This document shows positions 58,615-64,000 of a stretch of 64,000 bases of DNA, piece by piece (within the stretch, counting starts at the first letter, position 1; each line of letters begins with the position of its first letter). Source of the DNA: Candidatus Omnitrophota bacterium (GTDB lineage: Bacteria > Omnitrophota > Gorgyraeia > JAZDFF01); NCBI GenBank assembly GCA_043808095.1, contig JAZDFF010000040.1, positions 1,908-65,907 of the forward strand. Direction: 5' to 3'. The translations under genes and the position numbers were made by a program. The notes beneath the pieces were generated by a model. That model saw nothing but the letters and a program-made list of their open reading frames with translations. It had not been told where the DNA came from and did no database searches.

Positions 58615-60135
58615 CTAGTCCCGTCTTTCTCCTTTTCGCCTTTCTTCTTCTCGTCTCTCTTCTGCTCGTCTTTCTTCTTTTCGTCTTTCTTCTCTTCGTC
58701 TTTCGACCTGCGCACGAATCTCATAGGCTTTATCTTCGGTGATTGAGAAAGTCTTAATGACGAAAATAGCCGCTGCAGAGGTCGCAATCGGAATACCGAT
58801 ATCGCACAAGCGCATATTCAACAACGTCCGCGCTGATTGGCCGAGGCCTAATGCAACATTGAAGCCGGTTAGATTCAAGAGGAATCCGGATATAACCGAT
58901 GAGAATGCGACTCCCACTTTTACCATCCACCAGTAAATAGCCCCAAACATACCTTCTCTGCGCGTGTCAGTGGTAAGTTCATCAAGGTCACAGACATCGG
59001 CTACCATGGAATTGACCAATGTAAAAAGCGATCCCAGGCCGAATGCCATGAATGGAGCAGCGATCAACAGTAAGTACGGATGCTGGGGGTTATATCCAAG
59101 CCATTTCAAAGCATAACCAATGATTGAAAGAGGAATAGTGATAAAAAAAGTGTTTCTTTTCCCAAGCTTTCTGGACAGCCATATGGTTACGTAAATGGCG
59201 CCCATAGTACAAATAGCGCTGAATGTTCCAAAACAACCAAGCAAAAGTCCGCCTCTTGCATAGGCTTGATCGAGAACAGGAGCATTTTTAAAGACATAAA
59301 AGAAAACAACATAAATGGTAAAAGCTGACGCACACATGAATCCGCCAAAGATCAGTAAGGTGAATATGCACAGCTTGAGAAATGGTTTACATTTAAGAGT
59401 AATAAAACCCCCACCAAAGAAGTTTTTCATCACATTCCAGGCACCCTTGATATCAGGCTTTGGTAAGTGGTGGAAGTATTCTTTATTAAAAATAGCTGGC
59501 AGGATTCCACATCCAACTATAATAATACCTATGATGATGGCAAGAAATCGTCCGCCATAAACGATATCTGGAAACCAGGCCTGGTTGTGCATAATAGCCC
59601 AACACCAAGGAGCGATGAGCCATGGCAACTGACCGCCAAAATTACTGGCCCCCTGCAGCCGTGTACGTTCATGATAATCGGGGGTCATCTCATAGCCAAG
59701 GGCAATCCAAGGGATAGAAAAACATGTAAATCCGATAAAATAAAGGGTCTGAATTATTCCGAAATACAAGACATAAAAAAGTTCGCTATGCCCTTTATAA
59801 AGTTGAAACATAAGAGTGTAACAAATCCCACCAGCAATCGCGCCAAAGAATATAAGCGGCCTACGGCGCCCCCAGCGGGTCCGCAGATTATCAGAAATGT
59901 AACCTGTTATAGGATCTGATATGGCATCAATAATACGAGGGAGAGCTCCTACCAAACCCACTAAAGCAGGATTCACGCCTAAGCCGAGGTTTAGAACAAT
60001 TACCATCTGTGAAATAAATGCGGCTTGAGCAGTATTCGCAAATGCCCCTATACTGTATATGGCTTTTTGAAAAAAAGGAATGCGGTCTTCGGGGGCTGTA
60101 ACATGGTGTTTTGACTGAGCAGTTGGTTGTTCCAC
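58615..60135 (-). CDS. MFS glycoside-pentoside-hexuronide (MelB-like) transporter with R/E-rich tail
   Basis: DAISDP..G..SD.LRTRWGRRRP, DYHERT, SMVADVCD, RREG. Confidence 0.92.
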   Translation of the reverse strand: MEQPTAQSKHHVTAPEDRIPFFQKAIYSIGAFANTAQAAFISQMVIVLNLGLGVNPALVGLVGALPRIIDAISDPITGYISDNLRTRWGRRRPLIFFGAIAGGICYTLMFQLYKGHSELFYVLYFGIIQTLYFIGFTCFSIPWIALGYEMTPDYHERTRLQGASNFGGQLPWLIAPWCWAIMHNQAWFPDIVYGGRFLAIIIGIIIVGCGILPAIFNKEYFHHLPKPDIKGAWNVMKNFFGGGFITLKCKPFLKLCIFTLLIFGGFMCASAFTIYVVFFYVFKNAPVLDQAYARGGLLLGCFGTFSAICTMGAIYVTIWLSRKLGKRNTFFITIPLSIIGYALKWLGYNPQHPYLLLIAAPFMAFGLGSLFTLVNSMVADVCDLDELTTDTRREGMFGAIYWWMVKVGVAFSSVISGFLLNLTGFNVALGLGQSARTLLNMRLCDIGIPIATSAAAIFVIKTFSITEDKAYEIRAQVERRREERRKEERRAEERREEERRKGERRD

Positions 60136-60149
60136 TAATCGATCTCCGT

Positions 60150-60246
60150 TTAATGAGCAGATAACTTACGCGAGCAATGTAAACGAGCGTAAATTATAGG
60201 CCGTCAGGCCGTCTGCGAATTAACCCCGAGCCTTCTAGGCGAGGGG
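60150..60246. mobile_element. TTAATGAG...CGAATTAA nested-palindrome element
   Basis: ATAACTTACG...CGTAAATTAT arm followed by CCCCGA..CGAGGGG. Confidence 0.7.
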
Positions 60247-60352
60247 TCTAGATAATTTACGCTAGTAGTGCGGCGGCCTTGTTCATTTGTGGCCGCATAA
60301 ATGTGGTAATTATAACAAATAGGCCTGGTGTAAACAAGATTAAACAATTTTT

Positions 60353-61201
60353 TCATCCAAATAGCGCGCCGGAAGTTACTCCTTTGACAATATACTTCTG
60401 CATCAGGAGGTAAACGACGATTATAGGCAGGGCCGTTATAGTAAGTCCTGCCATCAAAAGCGGGTAACGAGTCAGGAACTCTCCCTGAAACACCATCAAC
60501 GCCCGTTGAAGAGGCATCAGGTTTTTACTGTCAAACATTATCAGGGCCAGCACATATTCGTTCCAGACATTGAGCGCATTCAAGACCACCACGACCGCCA
60601 ATACCGGTTTGGCTAGCGGCAGGGCCACATGCCTCCAGATACCCAATTTTGAGCAACCGTCAATACGGGCCGCATCCTCTAATTCCTTGGGCATCTTGTC
60701 AAAAAAAGTCTTCAAAAGAAAAATACTCGTAGATAACCCTACGTTTATCATGCACAAGATATAGCCTATCGCAGTATTCCTCAGGTGCAATTTATTTAAG
60801 AGGACAAATAAAGGCACGAAGCTCCCTGGTATAGGAATCATCATCGCCGCCATAAACATAAAAAAGAGCAGGTTCTTCCCCGGGAAACGCAAGCGTGAAA
60901 AGGCATAGGCAGCCAGGGAGGCCACGATGATTATTCCGATTACTACCGAAACAGTATAAAAGATGCTATTTAAAAAATACCGGCCAAAGCCGCCCTGTTG
61001 CCAGGCGAGGATATAATTCTCAAAATGAAATTCCTTTGGGATTAAAGACATATCCTTGAATATTGTCTCCTGGGTCTTCAAACTTGATGATACCATCCAC
61101 AATAAAGGGCATAGGCAGGTGACTGCTACGGTAATCAAAAATAGATGGATTAATAAATTTATGCTTGTCTTTTTAATCTTGTAGTAAATGGCTGTCTTCA
61201 T
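60353..61201 (-). CDS. Carbohydrate ABC transporter permease (MalG-like)
   Basis: PLLWMVSSSLK, ELEDAARIDG, WNEY. Confidence 0.94.
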   Translation of the reverse strand: MKTAIYYKIKKTSINLLIHLFLITVAVTCLCPLLWMVSSSLKTQETIFKDMSLIPKEFHFENYILAWQQGGFGRYFLNSIFYTVSVVIGIIIVASLAAYAFSRLRFPGKNLLFFMFMAAMMIPIPGSFVPLFVLLNKLHLRNTAIGYILCMINVGLSTSIFLLKTFFDKMPKELEDAARIDGCSKLGIWRHVALPLAKPVLAVVVVLNALNVWNEYVLALIMFDSKNLMPLQRALMVFQGEFLTRYPLLMAGLTITALPIIVVYLLMQKYIVKGVTSGALFG

Positions 61202-61316
61202 CTTGGCACTAATCTCCACTAATTACACACGAATTCCCACCAATAAAATTCGTGTAAATTTGTGTGAAATTTGTGTTCATTTGTGTAGAAATATTGTTTT
61301 TAAACAGTTTAAATCT

Positions 61317-62195
61317 CTAAGCCTGGCGGTATTTCTTAGAAAATCTGTACTGAATAAATGAAATAATCACTAAAATCACTCCGAAAGTTATGCCCTGGGC
61401 GCAGGCATAACCAAAACGCGATGAACCGCGCATAGAAGCCAAAATCCTTAACACCGGCACCTGCGTATGGTATGCCGGCCCTCCGTCGGTCATAGCGATA
61501 ATCAAAATAAATCCCTGCATCGTGCCTAAAATCGTAAGTATAGCCACTAATACTGCCACGGGTATCATCGAGGGAAAGGTAATCTTTCTAAAACAATCCC
61601 AGGCATTGGCCCCGTCAACGCGCGCGGCTTCATAGAGTTCACGGGGAATAGTCTGTAACCCTGCCAGGAATATTAGGAAACCCCAGCCAAAACCTTTCCA
61701 CGAATGCACAATGGCAACAGTATTAAGTGCGGTCGCCGGATCAGAGAGCCAGTTCCTCGCCAGGTGAGCCAGCCCCAGGTTCGTTAACCAGTGGTTTAAT
61801 AACCCATAATTCCCATCCAGAATCCACTGCCAGACCAGTCCCACCACTACTCCGGATAAAACCGGCGGGATGAAAAAGATGAACCGATAGAAGCGTTTGA
61901 GTTTTATCTCGCGGTCGCAGGCCCAGGCCAAAAGAAAGGCAAGGGCGTTTTGAAAAGTCAGGGCAATCAAGGTAATGTATCCGGCATTGGCCATTGACTG
62001 CCACCAGATTTTATCTTCAAAGAATATTTCTTTAAAATTACCCAGACCCACGAAGGCCTTGGTAGGCAGTATCCCGTCCCATTCATACATTCCCAGTTGA
62101 AAAACCCAGATAAAAGGGATGATGTAGAATGTCACAAAGATTGCTACTGCGGGAAGGACGAATGTGTAATTTTCTAAGGTGGATTTGAGTCTCAT
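61317..62195 (-). CDS. Carbohydrate ABC transporter permease (MalF-like)
   Basis: FVGLGNF, LAGLQTIP.ELYEAARVDGA, MTDGGP. Confidence 0.94.
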   Translation of the reverse strand: MRLKSTLENYTFVLPAVAIFVTFYIIPFIWVFQLGMYEWDGILPTKAFVGLGNFKEIFFEDKIWWQSMANAGYITLIALTFQNALAFLLAWACDREIKLKRFYRFIFFIPPVLSGVVVGLVWQWILDGNYGLLNHWLTNLGLAHLARNWLSDPATALNTVAIVHSWKGFGWGFLIFLAGLQTIPRELYEAARVDGANAWDCFRKITFPSMIPVAVLVAILTILGTMQGFILIIAMTDGGPAYHTQVPVLRILASMRGSSRFGYACAQGITFGVILVIISFIQYRFSKKYRQA

Positions 62196-62316
62196 AATTT
62201 AGAGTATTGGGGTATTAGGATATCGGGATTTGGATATTGGGATATTTGGAAATTAGGAATATTTACCTGATCTCCTATTCTCCTAATCACCAAAACCCAA
62301 TTTCCCAATCACCAAA

Positions 62317-63621
62317 TCACCTTTTCTTTGCTAATTCCCGCTCTTTAATCTTCTGCGTTCCCTGCGCTATCTGAACAGGCGTCTTCTCGCCGATAATTAT
62401 TGACTGTATCCCTTTATTAAAGGTTTCTAAAACCTGGGGCGACTCGGATATACTCCATGCATTGGGATGCGTGGTAAGTTCAATATCATCGGCAAACTGC
62501 GCAAGAATAGGAGGAATCTTGCTTAACGCGTCTTTATTTGCCGGCGGGTTCGAAGTTGTTTCTGCTAAATATGCCTGCTGGTCCGCCCCGGTCAACCACT
62601 CTAAAAACTTTACTGCTTCCTCTTTATTCTGAGAGCGGGCATTAATAATAAAAGATGAGCCCGCCCCGCCCCAGATGGTCATGGGATATTTATCTGAAAC
62701 CTGCGGCGGCAACATCACGGCATAATTTAAACCGGGGTTCATGCCTTTATAGACATTTACGCACCATGAACCGTTAAAGGCAAAGACTGCTCTTCCGTTA
62801 GCAAAGAGCTGCTCAGCAGCCTTATTAATCATGATCACCAACCCATTGGACAAAACCCCCGAATCCTGCATCTCCTTAAAGAGCGTTAATACCCTGACCC
62901 AATCCGGGTCAGTATAGGGGACTTCTCCGCGAATGGTTGCCAGAACCTTATCTTCTCCCATAAGATTAAAGGCATAATTATTGGCCAAACATTCAATCAT
63001 CCACACCTCTCCCCATCCGGAAACCAGGCCCTGCATATTGGCCTGTTTAATCTTCTGGCCTATATCTAAGAATTCTTGAAAAGTCAAGGGCGGCTCATTC
63101 GGATCAAGCCCTAATTCCTTAAATAAATCCTTATTATAAAGCATCTGGATGGTCATGATATCTATGGGCGCGCCGTAAATACCCGTCTTGATACCGTAAC
63201 TATTACCGTCGGAAAATGCATTTACTGCCAGGGCCTTGCTAAAGAAATTATTTTTCCATTTACCCGAATCCGCCTCCATGTAGGGCGTTAAATCCAGGAC
63301 ATGTCCGGCCTTGATAAAGGAGGCGAAATCCCACATCTTACCTAATATCCCGAAGATATCCGGAAGGTTTTGCCCTTGCGCCGCAGCGCGCACTTTCTCC
63401 TCATAGGCATCAGAGGGCGCATAGAGTTCAAAATTTACTTTTACGCCGGTTAACCCTGCATATTTTTTAGCCAGCTCCTGGAATGCCGATTCCCTGTCCG
63501 TCATCCAGTGCCAGACGGTCAGCGTAGCCTGGGAGCTGCTTTCCTGTTTGGGCGCGCAACCCGCAAGAGCAAACAGGAAACAGGCAGAGACAAATATACA
63601 CCCCAAATAAAATCTTCTCAT
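62317..63621 (-). CDS. Sugar ABC transporter substrate-binding lipoprotein
   Basis: LAGC lipobox, LTVWHW, LYNKDLF, F..G.A....GSW. Confidence 0.93.
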   Translation of the reverse strand: MRRFYLGCIFVSACFLFALAGCAPKQESSSQATLTVWHWMTDRESAFQELAKKYAGLTGVKVNFELYAPSDAYEEKVRAAAQGQNLPDIFGILGKMWDFASFIKAGHVLDLTPYMEADSGKWKNNFFSKALAVNAFSDGNSYGIKTGIYGAPIDIMTIQMLYNKDLFKELGLDPNEPPLTFQEFLDIGQKIKQANMQGLVSGWGEVWMIECLANNYAFNLMGEDKVLATIRGEVPYTDPDWVRVLTLFKEMQDSGVLSNGLVIMINKAAEQLFANGRAVFAFNGSWCVNVYKGMNPGLNYAVMLPPQVSDKYPMTIWGGAGSSFIINARSQNKEEAVKFLEWLTGADQQAYLAETTSNPPANKDALSKIPPILAQFADDIELTTHPNAWSISESPQVLETFNKGIQSIIIGEKTPVQIAQGTQKIKERELAKKR

Positions 63622-63718
63622 AGACCAGCTTCTCTTAATTTATATCAGATAATTTTTTGTCGATTTATGATCAGGATGCGTATGCACGAAAATTATTGGA
63701 AGGAAAAGGACAGGTACT

Positions 63719-64000
63719 TTATCTTCTCATCCATAATATACGCGCCAGGCCCATCAACTCGGCTTTCTCCAGGCGCACGCCCACACGCTGTCCTTCTCTT
63801 TCGCTAAAAGGCCCGGACCAAACTACTTCTCCGCGCGTATAAAGGGGTTCATGCTGGTCGGGAATATCCAGCCACATCTCTAAAGGCGTCCTGACGGATA
63901 AATTCTGCTGCGCCAGCAGGCCTAAGCCATTGGCGCTGATATCAATCGTATCTGCCCTGCCTTCCTGTCCGCTGGTAGAATCTAAAAATCTCACAGGGAA
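63719..64000 (-). CDS. PilZ-domain protein, 5' end off the window
   Basis: DISANGLG (D-x-S-x-x-G), GEVVW, VGVRL. Confidence 0.85.
   Translation of the reverse strand, partial: FPVRFLDSTSGQEGRADTIDISANGLGLLAQQNLSVRTPLEMWLDIPDQHEPLYTRGEVVWSGPFSEREGQRVGVRLEKAELMGLARILWMRR

Noticed and set aside
735-63842. Numerous plus-strand ORFs in the track
   Set aside because: Antisense shadows of well-supported minus-strand genes

Overview
A 64-kb bacterial chromosome segment with essentially all genes on the minus strand. Gene content (lpxC-fabZ fusion, zinc-ribbon SpoVG, split transketolase, archease+RtcB, GH2-like/CBM sugar cluster) suggests a diderm PVC-type lineage, plausibly Ca. Omnitrophota (inference). 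The core is housekeeping: recR/dnaX, tadA, serS, lipid A/BAM operon, dnaB, r-proteins, prs/glmU, ispE, tkt, hisG, apgM, class II RNR and a sugar ABC/GH cluster. It is densely colonised by small selfish elements. (1) A group I intron splits tRNA-Asn(GTT) inside the anticodon. (2) Six of the nine tRNA genes are flanked by partial tRNA relics, mostly broken by hairpin insertions in the D-, anticodon- or T-loop. Two intact tRNA-Arg genes are nested inside split tRNA-Arg relics. (3) Three free-standing endonucleases (two LAGLIDADG-like, one GIY-YIG) abut tRNA 5' ends. One ORF runs into tRNA-Lys and stops at the TAA of its anticodon loop. (4) A family of nested palindromes built on tandem G.A mismatches occurs throughout, and one copy is translated in frame inside SerS. 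(5) Inverted short-period tandem repeats sit at many gene junctions. (6) There is an intein in NrdJ. (7) A dockerin/YVTN/teneurin-like Rhs toxin island lies between glmU and prs. All calls were made by eye, with no searches run.
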